Of a DNA stretch of 64,000 bases, positions 40,599-51,305 are shown one piece after another. A program made the translations under genes and the position numbers. The notes beneath the pieces were generated by a model. That model was given only the letters and a program-made list of their open reading frames with translations. It was not told the origin of the DNA and did no database searches. Position 1 is the first letter of the stretch; every line of letters begins with the position of its first letter. The stretch is from Ignavibacteria bacterium RBG_16_34_14 (GTDB lineage Bacteria > Bacteroidota > Ignavibacteria > Ignavibacteriales > Ignavibacteriaceae): assembly GCA_001802865.1 (NCBI GenBank), contig MHAF01000172.1, forward strand, positions 2,157 through 66,156, written 5' to 3'.

Positions 40599-41018
40599 TC
40601 AATAACCTTCAATTATCTTAATATATGATCTCCCTATCATATCTTCGTAAAAAGAATCAAATAGTTTTGACAAGTCAATAAGGGCATACTGATTGCCGCC
40701 AAACATAAGCGTAATTGTCGGGCGGTATAATCCCTCGATTTTAAATTCTTGTTTTGCGATAGGAATTCCCGAATCATTTTTAATGTTCATCAAAATGCTA
40801 GTGGAATATGATTTGGTACTTGTGGAATATGTTATCTTATCAAGAGATATGAGTGCCTTATCACATTCCCAATATTTAGCAAGTTGTGGGGGGACATCAT
40901 TCAAATATTGTGATGCTTCTTTTCTTAATCTGGCTTCCTTTTCAAGTTCAGATTTAAAATGTTTTGAGATTTCATCATATTTACTCATGTGGATTTTCTC
41001 ACTTAATTTAGTCAACAA
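40599..41018 (-). CDS. Hypothetical protein
   Basis: This 139 aa ORF is isolated between long intergenic regions. No family is recognised. Confidence 0.4.
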   Translation of the reverse strand: MLTKLSEKIHMSKYDEISKHFKSELEKEARLRKEASQYLNDVPPQLAKYWECDKALISLDKITYSTSTKSYSTSILMNIKNDSGIPIAKQEFKIEGLYRPTITLMFGGNQYALIDLSKLFDSFYEDMIGRSYIKIIEGY

Positions 41019-41159
41019 AATATAAGTTTAATTTTTATGATAAAGAAAACTCCCAAAAAGAAAAAGAGATCGGGCTTAGTGAAATTCTTTCCTGGGGGAA
41101 TTTAGAGATATTATATGAATTCGGATTTACTTGTTTCCATTAAACTGATTGATATAGAT

Positions 41160-42173
41160 TTACTCTAAAATTTCTGCTATAAGAATTGCGATTACATTTT
41201 TAGGATTGGAAGAGGTTGTTTTGGTTAAGAGGTCCGCTTTAAACAAAGCTTGTGCAGCAATAAAAATTTTTTCGTCCGAGTAAAGAGATCTTGCTTTCAG
41301 ATAACTATCGTAAAAAGCAAAATGTGTTCCTACAATTCTTGAAGCAGCGTAAACATTCAGCTTTTGTTCTTTAATTTCATTAACCCTGGAAAGCCCCGTA
41401 AAAAATTTTGTAAGCATATAAATAATGAAAGTGGGTTCTATTCCCGAATCCATTAATTTTAGTGCTATACTAAGAGAATTCTGTTTGTCCTTTTTTGCAA
41501 CTGCATTCTGAAGATCGAAAATTGAAAACTCCTTTAATGCGGATGTAACTTCATTTATTACTTTATGATTTATCTCCTTTTCTTCACGCAGGAAAGTAAT
41601 AATTTTTTCCACCTGGGTTTCAAGTAAATTCCTGTTCTCACCAGCAATATCAATTAAAAGCTGTGCATTATCTTCTTTTAGAACTTTACGTTTTGACTCA
41701 GCATAATCAATCAGCCAATCGACAAGATTTTTCCCTTTCAACTCTTTTGCTTCAAAAAGAAAACCGGCATCAATTAAATTTTTATATACTTCAGACTCAG
41801 GGTTAGATATTTTCCCATAATGAAGAAAGATCAAAACTGTAAATTCGGGTGGAGAAGCTGCATATGTCAAAAGACTTTTTTTATCCTTTATCTTTTCACT
41901 CTCTTTTACTACAACTAATTTTTTTGATGAACCAAACGGAAAGGCTGAAGCAGAATTCAAAATATCCGGTAAGGTTTTTCCTTCACTATAAATAATTTCT
42001 CTGTCAAAGTCAGAAGTTAAAAGTGGAGTTACCTTCTGCTCAAGCAATTTATACGCAGCATCAATACCAAATGAATCTTCACCTGAAAAGTAATAGAGAG
42101 GTTTGAGTTTTCCTTTTTTAATTTCTTTAACAGCTTCAAGTATGGATGGAATAAGTCTTTTGTTATTTGCCAA
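41160..42173 (-). CDS. holA: DNA polymerase III delta subunit
   Basis: The size (337 aa) fits. N-terminal ...LKPLYYFSGEDSFGID... and the overall helical C-terminal domain are typical of HolA. Confidence 0.7.
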   Translation of the reverse strand: MANNKRLIPSILEAVKEIKKGKLKPLYYFSGEDSFGIDAAYKLLEQKVTPLLTSDFDREIIYSEGKTLPDILNSASAFPFGSSKKLVVVKESEKIKDKKSLLTYAASPPEFTVLIFLHYGKISNPESEVYKNLIDAGFLFEAKELKGKNLVDWLIDYAESKRKVLKEDNAQLLIDIAGENRNLLETQVEKIITFLREEKEINHKVINEVTSALKEFSIFDLQNAVAKKDKQNSLSIALKLMDSGIEPTFIIYMLTKFFTGLSRVNEIKEQKLNVYAASRIVGTHFAFYDSYLKARSLYSDEKIFIAAQALFKADLLTKTTSSNPKNVIAILIAEILE

Positions 42174-42350
42174 GTTATTTATCCCTTTCTCTCACTACAA
42201 AGCACGAATCACAAAATAAAACTCATTAAATCTAAAGAAATAAAATTCTAGTTGTTTAATGATTTTGAAAAGAAAGTTAAGGAAAGGAGTTTATTATTCA
42301 AAAAGTGAAACTCAACTTAAAGTTGAGTTTCACCATAGAATATTACTCTG

Positions 42351-42986
42351 CTATTTGGAAGAATCTCTTCTTTCAATTGTTACTTTTTCCATCACAACAT
42401 CTTTAACAGGTTTATCATTAGGACCAGTTTTTCCCCTTCCTATCGCATTTACTACATCCATTCCATTAATAACTTTTCCAAAGATCGTATGGTGCCCATT
42501 AAGATGGGAAGTTTTTACGGTTGTAATAAAGAATTGGCTTCCATTTGTATTAGGTCCGGCATTAGCCATAGCGAATAATCCCGGCTTATCAAATTTCAGT
42601 GTGTCAACTATTTCATCTTCGAAAGCGTCTCCCCACAAACTTTCACCACCTCTGCCGGTTCCTGTTGGATCACCACCTTGTATCATAAAGTTATCAATCA
42701 CTCTATGGAATATTATTCCATTATAATATCCTTTCTTTGCAAGTCCGATGAAGTTTTCAACTGTTTTTGGTGTTTGCTTTTCATATAACTCAATTTCAAT
42801 GGTTCCCATATTTGTTTTAATTACGGCTATAGGCTTAGCAAGATCATTTACTGTTGAATCAATCATCGTATCTTCCTTACTATTATTTTGAATGTTGTTT
42901 TTATTTTGAGATGAATCAGAGTTTTTACACCCGAGAACAAAAAAAACAAAAAGAACAAAAAGAAACGATAAGAATATTGACTTCAT
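42351..42986 (-). CDS. Cyclophilin-type peptidyl-prolyl cis-trans isomerase, lipoprotein
   Basis: A lipobox LGC is present. [27 protein letters not shown] and NGSQFFIT are cyclophilin motifs. Confidence 0.9.
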   Translation of the reverse strand: MKSIFLSFLFVLFVFFVLGCKNSDSSQNKNNIQNNSKEDTMIDSTVNDLAKPIAVIKTNMGTIEIELYEKQTPKTVENFIGLAKKGYYNGIIFHRVIDNFMIQGGDPTGTGRGGESLWGDAFEDEIVDTLKFDKPGLFAMANAGPNTNGSQFFITTVKTSHLNGHHTIFGKVINGMDVVNAIGRGKTGPNDKPVKDVVMEKVTIERRDSSK

Positions 42987-43055
42987 TTTTCCTCCTTTAA
43001 TATGAAAAGATTTTAAATTAATATTTTGTTTTCATGCAATCATATCCATACTGCA

Positions 43056-43916
43056 TTATTTTTGAATTATCCCGGAAGAAATTAAAATAATAATCCCTAT
43101 GCCTAAAACTATTCTATAATAGATAAAAACAAAGGTTGTATTTTTTCTTAAAAACTTAAGAAGAAAATCTATTGCTAAATATCCGCTGATTCCTGAAAAA
43201 ATAGTTGCTACAATAAGATTCAAAGCAATTGATGAATCAATAAATTTCAATGCTTCATAAAGCTGAAGCAGTCCGCTTGCAAGAATTGCAGGAACACTTA
43301 GCAGGAAAGAAAACCTTGCTGCAGATTCCCTGTTCAATCCTGCAAACAATCCTCCTGTAATTGTTGTCCCTGAACGCGATGAACCGGGAATTAAAGCAAA
43401 TGCCTGGGCAAACCCGATAACTAATGAGTCTAAAATTGTAATATCTTTCATCTCTTTTCTGAACCTTGCTGTCTTTTCTGCAACGGCAAGTACTAATGCT
43501 AAACCGATAAGGCTTGCTGAGATAACATATAAATTTTTTGTTAGTGAACCTTCGATTATATCTTTAAATAAAAGACCAATAACTACAACAGGAATTGTTC
43601 CTATAATAATAAACCACCCTGTTCTTGAATTATAACTTTGACTTGAAAAAGATTTTTTTTCTTTAAGATTCTCTTTTAGAAAATCTTTGCTGATATTCCA
43701 TAAATCTTTCCGGAAATAGATTAGAATTGAAACCAGTGTTCCCAGTTGAATCACAGCAATAAATGAGGTCCATTGCTCAGGTGCTTCATATGAAATGAGA
43801 TTCATTAATTTTCCGGCAACAGTTAAATGCCCTGTACTGCTGATTGGCAAGAACTCTGTGAATCCCTGGAGAATTCCGAGAAGTATGGCCTCAAAAAGAT
43901 TCAATAATCCCTCCAA
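43056..43916 (-). CDS. uppP: Undecaprenyl-diphosphate phosphatase
   Basis: GILQGFTEFLPISSTGHL and PGSSRSGTTI are the BacA/UppP motifs. Confidence 0.9.
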   Translation of the reverse strand: MEGLLNLFEAILLGILQGFTEFLPISSTGHLTVAGKLMNLISYEAPEQWTSFIAVIQLGTLVSILIYFRKDLWNISKDFLKENLKEKKSFSSQSYNSRTGWFIIIGTIPVVVIGLLFKDIIEGSLTKNLYVISASLIGLALVLAVAEKTARFRKEMKDITILDSLVIGFAQAFALIPGSSRSGTTITGGLFAGLNRESAARFSFLLSVPAILASGLLQLYEALKFIDSSIALNLIVATIFSGISGYLAIDFLLKFLRKNTTFVFIYYRIVLGIGIIILISSGIIQK

Positions 43917-43972
43917 ATAAACCGTAACGCAGATTAATAATCTGTACTATGCTTACATTTACATAAATATTT

Positions 43973-44617
43973 TTAAAATATGTAAGATACACCAAGACTT
44001 AATCCTATAGAGAGGGAATTGAAATCAACATTTTCATTAGCCGCATTATTATAAAGAGGGGTTCCACTATTTTCGGGTTCGCCATTTAAGTCGTAGCTTG
44101 CCTGAGCACCTATCTTTGCATATACATTACCACCAAGTAAAGTGTTACCTTCAGCTCTTAATAAAAATCCGTACCCAAAAGAAGAAAAAGTTTGTTTTAT
44201 TCCTGTAGCCGGGCGTTTCTCATCGGCACTGAGAAAACGTAAACCTCCTCCGCCACCGAATTTAAAGTTATATCCATCCCCGGCTATTACATAATAATTG
44301 ATAATTGAAAACATCATGTTACCATAAGACATTTCATATTGTCCATTCAAACCTGATAATGTATAAGAATTAATAAGGTAACCAATTTCAATTGCCGGTT
44401 GATAATTTTCATTAACATTATATCCAGCCTCTCCCAAAAAGATTACGGAAGAATTAAAACCTTCTATAATTTCTCCTTGATTATAATTTTGATTTATATA
44501 ATCATAAAGAGAAGGTGAATTAATAAAATCAATTCCCATTGACACACTTAATTCAACCTGAGCCATTGAAAAACCGCTTAGAATAAAAACTATAAACAAG
44601 GAATAGACTAATTTCAT
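43973..44617 (-). CDS. Outer-membrane beta-barrel protein (porin-like)
   Basis: It has a signal peptide, alternating-hydrophobicity strands and a C-terminal ...LGVSYIF. Confidence 0.55.
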   Translation of the reverse strand: MKLVYSLFIVFILSGFSMAQVELSVSMGIDFINSPSLYDYINQNYNQGEIIEGFNSSVIFLGEAGYNVNENYQPAIEIGYLINSYTLSGLNGQYEMSYGNMMFSIINYYVIAGDGYNFKFGGGGGLRFLSADEKRPATGIKQTFSSFGYGFLLRAEGNTLLGGNVYAKIGAQASYDLNGEPENSGTPLYNNAANENVDFNSLSIGLSLGVSYIF

Positions 44618-45669
44618 AATTCTTCTATTTCTGTTTCCACAACTTTTAAAAGATTATCGTGCTGCTTATTCAACACAAAGAAAATTATAAGTGAAAAGAA
44701 GATTGCAAAAAAATATGAAATTATATGTGTGATAAATGCATATGCAAGACTAATTGCCTCACCAAAACCAAAAAGCAAAACAAGTGTTGATTTCGCTAAA
44801 GTATGATATGAACCCGTACCACCAGGCGTTGGGATTACAATTCCAATTGCACTTATGCTCATAACTATCCAGCCCATTTGATAGTTTACTTCTTTTATAT
44901 TCTGTAATCCAACAATAAAAAATCCGACATATGAACCAAAGGCATAAAGAATAATTAATAATGCACTTAACAGGAACGAAATAAGATAATTTTTTCCTCC
45001 TTTAAGGCTGCTAAATCCCTCTCCAAGCATTTGAATCATGTCAGCTATCTTATGAGCAAGCTTTTCAGAAAAGCGACTGAAAAATCTAACGACGAAATTA
45101 TTAAATTTTTCTCTATGCCTTATAGCCATGTAAAAAAGGAATATAATTAAACTAATAAATATGATTGTAAAATAGAGAGTGGATTGAAGCCAGGGAAAAT
45201 TTAAAAGCAGGCTCTCACTATATATTAGTATAGCTATAATTACTGCAAAACCAAGGAAAATTACATCTATAACTCTTTCAAGAATTATTGTTCCGAACAT
45301 TGAAGAACGAGAAAGATTTTCCCATTTACCTATAAGAACTGCTCTTGTTACCTCACCAAGTCTCGGTACTACACAGTTAACTCCATATCCAACCATCAAA
45401 GCGCCAAACAAATATTTAATGGAAGCTTCCGGTTTAACCGAATGCAAAATAATTTTCCACCTCAGAGACCTGATATAATGAGCAAACATCTGAACAATTA
45501 TAAAAATTATCATCCAGATTATGGAGGAATCAGAAACAATTCTGAAGACTTCATTAATATCAACTCCTTTAAAAGCAATATAAAGGAACAAAGCAGTTAA
45601 AAGAAGAGAGAGAGTATAATTTAATACTCCCTTTAATCTGCTTTTCTTTTTTAATTTACCTGAGATCAA
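44614..45669 (-). CDS. UPF0104/LPG-synthase-TM family flippase-like membrane protein
   Basis: The polytopic topology and the RSLRWKIIL and GEVTRAVLI motifs are typical of the family. Confidence 0.6.
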   Translation of the reverse strand: MISGKLKKKSRLKGVLNYTLSLLLTALFLYIAFKGVDINEVFRIVSDSSIIWMIIFIIVQMFAHYIRSLRWKIILHSVKPEASIKYLFGALMVGYGVNCVVPRLGEVTRAVLIGKWENLSRSSMFGTIILERVIDVIFLGFAVIIAILIYSESLLLNFPWLQSTLYFTIIFISLIIFLFYMAIRHREKFNNFVVRFFSRFSEKLAHKIADMIQMLGEGFSSLKGGKNYLISFLLSALLIILYAFGSYVGFFIVGLQNIKEVNYQMGWIVMSISAIGIVIPTPGGTGSYHTLAKSTLVLLFGFGEAISLAYAFITHIISYFFAIFFSLIIFFVLNKQHDNLLKVVETEIEEL

Positions 45670-46285
45670 TAATAGAGCTTCCTTCCGGCGGGGAGAACCT
45701 AAATTTTAAATCTTCTAAATTCTGGTTAAGCTTGTAATTTGAAAAGCTAACTTCAATATTTTCTGCTGAAATTCCTTCCAAAATAATTTTATTAATAAGA
45801 TTATCTTTACTGATCCACAGTTTAGCTTTACTAAAATTTAAGTCCGAATTTTCTTTCGGAGTTAAAACCAGAACTTCACCATTTTGTTCAGAGGTTAAAT
45901 AGCAATGGTCGGGATAATCATAAATAATTCTGCTGAATGAAAAGAAAGATGGATCCGATTCATCAACATTATTAATAATTACTTTGTTTTCCTTCTTATT
46001 GAAATTCCAGATTGTTGAGCCATCTGAAACTATAAGGTTGTTTTTTAAATCCAGATGAAATCTATTTTCTTTTTTATAAGATAGTTTTCCTGATAAAACT
46101 TCTTTGCCGCCAGATTTTTGAATAACATCAACAGTTAGATCATTTATTGTTTGAAATTTATTCTGAATAGATTTTAACAGTTGGCCACTTATATCCTGAG
46201 AACCTAAGTTTAAGGATAACATAACCACGATTAGTAGTAAAAATACAACGATCAAAAACGATTTTTTAATAATAATTAAATTCAT
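45656..46285 (-). CDS. LolA-like outer-membrane lipoprotein carrier family protein
   Basis: It has a signal anchor and a beta-rich ~180 aa domain (DLTVDVIQKSGGKEVLSGKLSYKKENRFHLDL...). Confidence 0.55.
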   Translation of the reverse strand: MNLIIIKKSFLIVVFLLLIVVMLSLNLGSQDISGQLLKSIQNKFQTINDLTVDVIQKSGGKEVLSGKLSYKKENRFHLDLKNNLIVSDGSTIWNFNKKENKVIINNVDESDPSFFSFSRIIYDYPDHCYLTSEQNGEVLVLTPKENSDLNFSKAKLWISKDNLINKIILEGISAENIEVSFSNYKLNQNLEDLKFRFSPPEGSSIIDLR

Positions 46286-46503
46286 TGCTTTTTTGATGCT
46301 GCATTTATTATTGCATTCATTTTATGTTCTTCTGCTTCCTCAAAAGTCCGGAATTTGAATATTCCTTTTGGATATGAGAATTTAGAAAGTTTAGCAAAAA
46401 GCTTATAAAAAGCTCTCACTCTATCATAATATTCCTTATCAGGATTAAAATTCCATAAAGCTCTCTCAGCTTCTTCAAAGCTATTAAACTTTTGAACTGG
46501 CAT
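46282..46503 (-). CDS. Hypothetical small protein
   Basis: The 73 aa ORF starts at an ATG that overlaps the upstream stop (TAATG). Confidence 0.4.
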   Translation of the reverse strand: MPVQKFNSFEEAERALWNFNPDKEYYDRVRAFYKLFAKLSKFSYPKGIFKFRTFEEAEEHKMNAIINAASKKQ

Positions 46504-46976
46504 TATTCTTTAGCCTCTATTAATTGTTTCAAAAAAATCAGATCTGTTTTGTCAATTGCTCTGAAGGTTTTCTCCTTCAACTTATAAAGTGTTTCAACAG
46601 AAGCAATTTTTATTTGATGGCCGTCAACACTTATCACTTCATATTTTTAATCTTCAAAAGAAAATGCGGTTCCCAGCTTAGATAGAACATCTATATAAAA
46701 TCCCTCTTCTGTACCATAACGAACCACACTGTAATCTTTAAGTTCAGAATGATTTATTTGAAAAACATTTTTATCATTAAAAACAGTAAATAAGGCTTTT
46801 TGAAGCTTCTGAATATTTTCATAATGAATTTTTACGAAAATATCTAAGTCCTGAGTTGCCTTTGGCATTCCATGAAGAACCATTGCAAATCCACCAATTA
46901 AAATATAATCTACTTTTTCTTTTTCCAGGGCATCAATAACATCTAAAAATCTTTTAAACAGATCATCTGTTTGCAT
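46503..46976 (-). pseudogene. Nucleotidyltransferase-fold gene (paralog of 20232..20774) interrupted by an in-frame TAA
   Basis: DYILIGGFAMVLHGMPKATQDLDIFVK...FSFED is followed by TAA (46647-46649). The frame then continues KYEVISVDGHQIKIASVETLYKLKEKTFRAIDKTDLIFLKQLIEAKE*. That tail is the expected family C-terminus. Confidence 0.65.
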
Positions 46977-46988
46977 TATAATTCTTTT

Positions 46989-49412
46989 TTATAAATTTCT
47001 TAATATTGTTTCAAGCTGTTCTTCATTTTCAACAATTACGGTGCGGGCTTTGCTGCCGTCATTTGGTCCTACAATACCGGCTTCCTCAAGCTGATCAACA
47101 ATTCTTGCTGCTCTTGAATAACCAAGCTTTAATCTTCTTTGAAGAAGAGATACGGAACCTTGTTGGTGTCTTACAATAACTCTTGCAGCATCTTCAAACA
47201 TAGGATCGAGATCTGCAAGAAATCCACCGGACGTACCTTTCTTCTTTTCATAAATAGAAGGAAGATAATAAGGTTTTGAATACCCCTGCTGAGAATAAAT
47301 AAAGTTAGTTATTTTTTCTACTTCATCTGTTGATATAAAAGCATTCTGTATTCTTATCGGTTTTGGAGAACCGGTTGGAAGAAAAAGCATATCACCTTTA
47401 CCAAGAAGCTGCTCTGCACCATTCATATCAAGAATAGTTCTTGAATCAACTTTAGTTGCAACCTGGTAAGCAATTCTTGCGGAGAAATTTGCTTTTATAA
47501 CACCAGTAATAACGTTAACAGAAGGACGCTGTGTTGCAAGAACAAGATGAATACCCACTGCTCTTGCTAATTGTGCAAGCCTTGTAATTGGCTCCTCAAC
47601 ATCTTTCCCTGCAGTTATCATAAGGTCTGCAAGCTCATCAACTATAACAATTATGTAAGGCATTGGATGATGTTTCATCTCATCTGTATCTTTTGGTCTC
47701 CTTGAAGGATCAGAAATTTTTTTATTGTAATCAACAATATTTCTAACTCCTGTTTTTGCAAGCTTATCATACCTTTTTTCCATCTCCATTTCAATAGATT
47801 TTAAAAGAAGAACAGCGTTTTGAGGAGCTGTAATAATTTCTTCGTCAAGATCGGGACAGACTGCAAGAAAATGTTTTCTCAATTTTTTATAGAAAGAAAG
47901 CTCAATCTTTTTAGGATCAATCATGGCAAGCTTTACTTCCAACGGATCTTTAGAATAAAGCAGGCTGCTGATTATCATATTTATCCCAACACTTTTACCT
48001 GAACCGGTTGAACCAGCTATAAGCAGATGAGGCATTTTTGCCAGGTCTGTTATATAAACATCGCCGCTTATTGTTTTTCCGAAAGCCATTGGCAGTTCAT
48101 ATTTTGATTCCGGAACCTTGACCAAAACAGAACGTGCATTAACAAGAGAAGCTTCAGCATTTGGTATTTCAACACCAATTGCACTTTTTCCCGGAATTGG
48201 TGCAATTATTCTTATTCCCCTTGCAGCAAGAGCGAGAGCAATGTCATTCTCAAGTCCAACTATTTTGCTGATTTTTACTCCCGGGGCAGGAACAATTTCA
48301 TATAGAGTTACGACGGGTCCCGGTGTTACAGAAATATCCTGAATCTCAATATCAAAAAGTTTTAATTTTTCTTTAAGAAGTTCGGCGTTCCTTTTCAGCT
48401 CTTCTTCGGCAACAACAAAATCTTCCAGTGGATTTGGTTCCAGAAGATCGAATGAAGGTTTTTTATAATTTATATTTTCTTCCCATTGATTTGGTAAAGC
48501 AGATTCATCATCCTTGTCATATTCAGGTTCGGGTATTTCGCCAACTTTTTGAAGATCAACTTTTTTTATTTCCTCTTCATGAACGGCATTTTTAATCTGC
48601 AGCTCAGGTTCATCCTTTCTTATAATTCTTATTCGTGTCTGCTCTTCAGATTCTTCATCCATTAGATCTACCCCGGTTAAAGCGGGTTCTCTTTCACGTT
48701 TAACTTTTTTCTTTCTGCTTTCATTCAGTTCTTTTATCTTCGCAAGATTTAAACTTTTTTCGTCAGCAGGTTCTTCTTTATCAGTCAGATTACTTTCAAA
48801 AACATTCTTTATAAAATCAATAATATCATCAAGTTTAATATTAAAAGTGAAAATAATAAGAGCAGCAAAGCCTCCGGTAAGAAAAATAATGCCACCTATG
48901 GGCCCAAGAAGATTTCCAATAACTTTACCCAGGTAGTTCCCTACAGAACCAGGCTCAATCATTGCAGAGAAGAAATTAAATGGCTTGGTTCTCAAAAGAC
49001 CAAAAAAAGCAGATAGAATTAATCCAAAAAGAAGAAGAAAATTAGAAGTTTTTATGAGTGTTTTATAATTGATTTTAAAGGAAAGAGCAACTCCCCACAG
49101 CATCAAGAGTAAAGGGATGACCGTTGAAAATATGCCGAGAGTTGATTTTATGAAGAAACTCGAAATGTGTGCACCAACAATTCCCAGCCAGTTCGTTACC
49201 CCTTTATAATCACTGCTTCCACTTAGAGAGGCAAATATATCCTTAAAGAATTCAGAAGTTTTATCATTATCATTATATGAAACAATGCTCAATAAAAGAA
49301 GAAGAGAGAAAAAGATAAGGAGTATGCCCAGCATTCTTTTCTTCTGGATAACGGAAAAGATTGATTTATTTTTTCCGTTGCCGTTTTGTTTTATTTTAGA
49401 CTTTCTTTTCAC
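46989..49412 (-). CDS. ftsK: DNA translocase FtsK
   Basis: It has N-terminal TM helices, a linker, a motor domain with Walker A AGSTGSGKSV and a C-terminal gamma winged helix (SVSLLQRRLKLGYSRAARIVDQLE). Confidence 0.95.
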   Translation of the reverse strand: MKRKSKIKQNGNGKNKSIFSVIQKKRMLGILLIFFSLLLLLSIVSYNDNDKTSEFFKDIFASLSGSSDYKGVTNWLGIVGAHISSFFIKSTLGIFSTVIPLLLMLWGVALSFKINYKTLIKTSNFLLLFGLILSAFFGLLRTKPFNFFSAMIEPGSVGNYLGKVIGNLLGPIGGIIFLTGGFAALIIFTFNIKLDDIIDFIKNVFESNLTDKEEPADEKSLNLAKIKELNESRKKKVKREREPALTGVDLMDEESEEQTRIRIIRKDEPELQIKNAVHEEEIKKVDLQKVGEIPEPEYDKDDESALPNQWEENINYKKPSFDLLEPNPLEDFVVAEEELKRNAELLKEKLKLFDIEIQDISVTPGPVVTLYEIVPAPGVKISKIVGLENDIALALAARGIRIIAPIPGKSAIGVEIPNAEASLVNARSVLVKVPESKYELPMAFGKTISGDVYITDLAKMPHLLIAGSTGSGKSVGINMIISSLLYSKDPLEVKLAMIDPKKIELSFYKKLRKHFLAVCPDLDEEIITAPQNAVLLLKSIEMEMEKRYDKLAKTGVRNIVDYNKKISDPSRRPKDTDEMKHHPMPYIIVIVDELADLMITAGKDVEEPITRLAQLARAVGIHLVLATQRPSVNVITGVIKANFSARIAYQVATKVDSRTILDMNGAEQLLGKGDMLFLPTGSPKPIRIQNAFISTDEVEKITNFIYSQQGYSKPYYLPSIYEKKKGTSGGFLADLDPMFEDAARVIVRHQQGSVSLLQRRLKLGYSRAARIVDQLEEAGIVGPNDGSKARTVIVENEEQLETILRNL

Positions 49413-49430
49413 TGTGGTTTAAATTTATTT

Positions 49431-50165
49431 CTACTCTTTTGATTTTTGCCATACCTTAAGAACATTAGCAGAAAAATATGGAATAATATCGGAACTGTTT
49501 AAGCTGCTGCAAAATTTTAAATCCTCTTCAAAACCATTCTCAAGAAGAATTTTTCCATGTTCTGATTCTTTTAACATCTTAAAAGTATTTTTACCGAAAG
49601 TTTTATTCAATGCTAAACATGCTTTAGAGGAATCGGATAATTCAACATTTTCTTTCAGCTTTTGAACTTCGGATGCCAGCTTTCCTGCACAAATAGAATC
49701 TTCCATAGAATAATAATTATTTCTCCCCGAACATAAAATTTCAAAATCCTTATCAAGCTTAACAAGATGTTTAGCCAATGCTCCAAGATTAAGGAACGAG
49801 CAGACAAAAAGATTTTCAGAAAATTTTGCTTTTACAATTGCTTTGGTGCCGTTTGTTGTATAAAGAATGATTGTTTTTCCTGTCACGACTTCAGGTGTAT
49901 ACTCAAGGGGGGAATTACCAAGTGCAAATCCCTCAATCTTTTTTGTGTTTCTTTCACCTCCGAGTAAAGTCTGTCCACCAAACATTCCACCCGAGACCTT
50001 AACTGCAAATTCAACTGTTGCAACAGGAACAACTTCACGTGCACCGTTAGAGAGAGCTGCTACAATTGTACTTGATGCTCGAAGCACATCAATAACAACA
50101 GTTGTCCTTCCGGTAAATGAAAGTTCATCTGCACCGAGAGGAGAAAAAAGAACATTTATTTTCAT
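49431..50165 (-). CDS. 2-phosphosulfolactate phosphatase (ComB) family protein
   Basis: TTVVIDVLRASSTIVAALSNGAREVVPV is typical of the ComB family. Confidence 0.7.
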   Translation of the reverse strand: MKINVLFSPLGADELSFTGRTTVVIDVLRASSTIVAALSNGAREVVPVATVEFAVKVSGGMFGGQTLLGGERNTKKIEGFALGNSPLEYTPEVVTGKTIILYTTNGTKAIVKAKFSENLFVCSFLNLGALAKHLVKLDKDFEILCSGRNNYYSMEDSICAGKLASEVQKLKENVELSDSSKACLALNKTFGKNTFKMLKESEHGKILLENGFEEDLKFCSSLNSSDIIPYFSANVLKVWQKSKE

Positions 50166-50209
50166 ATTTTACAACAATTCAAAATCTAAGGTGTCTTTTA
50201 CTTCAAAAA

Positions 50210-51295
50210 TTATTTTTTAATAAACGGTAATTTAACAACTCGTGCTGGTACTTCTTTTCCCCTGATTAAAATACCGACTTCACTTCCTTCATTGGAAAAT
50301 TCTTTGTCAACATAACCTAATGCAATTGGTTTTTCCAAGATAGGGCTTACGGTTCCACTTGTTACTTTACCAATGATCTTTCCGTTACTGTTGATATTAT
50401 ATCCATGTCTTGGAAAAGCTTTTTCCTCACTGACCAAACCGCAAAGTTTTTTTGTTAAGCCTTTGCTTTTGATTTCTAATAATTTTCCTTTACCAATGAA
50501 ATCAACTTTATTCAGTTTTGTAATCCAGCCAAGACCAGCTTCAAGAGGATTTGTTGTTTTATCAATATCATTTCCATACAAGCAGAATCCCATTTCAAGT
50601 CTTAGAGAATCTCTTGCAGCAAGTCCCGCGGGCTGAATATCAAAATTTTTTCCGGCTCCAAAAACCTTTTCCCAAATTTCTTCGGCTTTCTTTTCAACTC
50701 CGGTAAAATATAATTCATAGCCAAGTTCACCTGTATAACCAGTTCTTGAAAGGATCATATCTGTTCCTGCAAACTGAGCCTTTATAAAATGATAATATTC
50801 AATGTTTTCAAGATCTGCATTAGTCAATTTTTTTAAAACTTCTTTCGATTTAGGACCTTGAACTGCGAGTAAAGAATATTCATCGCTCCTATTATCCAAA
50901 GTAACTCCGAATTTATTATTATCACTCATCCATTGAAAATCTTTATCAATATTCGATGCATTTATAACAAGCAGAAATTCATTTTCAGCAAGCCTGTAAA
51001 CAAGAAGATCATCAACAATCCCTCCATCGGGATAACACATTGCTGAATATTGTACTTTTCCCGGATTTAGTTTTGACGCATCATTAATGGTTATATACTG
51101 AACAAAATCGAGAGCGGCATTTCCTGAAACAAAAACTTCACCCATGTGGGAAACATCAAATACACCAACTGAATTTCTTACGGCTTTATGTTCTGCAATT
51201 ATAGAAGAGTACTGGACAGGCATTTCATATCCGGCAAACCCAACAATTTTTGCTCCAAGTTTTTTATGAATATTATAGAAATTTGTTCTTTTCAT
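50210..51295 (-). CDS. gcvT: Glycine cleavage system aminomethyltransferase T
   Basis: HKKLGAKIVGFAGYEMPVQYSSIIAEHKAVRNSVGVFDVSHMGE is the GcvT signature. Confidence 0.9.
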   Translation of the reverse strand: MKRTNFYNIHKKLGAKIVGFAGYEMPVQYSSIIAEHKAVRNSVGVFDVSHMGEVFVSGNAALDFVQYITINDASKLNPGKVQYSAMCYPDGGIVDDLLVYRLAENEFLLVINASNIDKDFQWMSDNNKFGVTLDNRSDEYSLLAVQGPKSKEVLKKLTNADLENIEYYHFIKAQFAGTDMILSRTGYTGELGYELYFTGVEKKAEEIWEKVFGAGKNFDIQPAGLAARDSLRLEMGFCLYGNDIDKTTNPLEAGLGWITKLNKVDFIGKGKLLEIKSKGLTKKLCGLVSEEKAFPRHGYNINSNGKIIGKVTSGTVSPILEKPIALGYVDKEFSNEGSEVGILIRGKEVPARVVKLPFIKK

Positions 51296-51305
51296 TCTGA
51301 TTCTG

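Noticed and set aside
42259-42726. A 155-aa ORF antisense to the cyclophilin gene
   Set aside because: The minus-strand gene has unmistakable cyclophilin motifs. The antisense ORF is Pro/Ser/Leu-rich with no features of a real protein.
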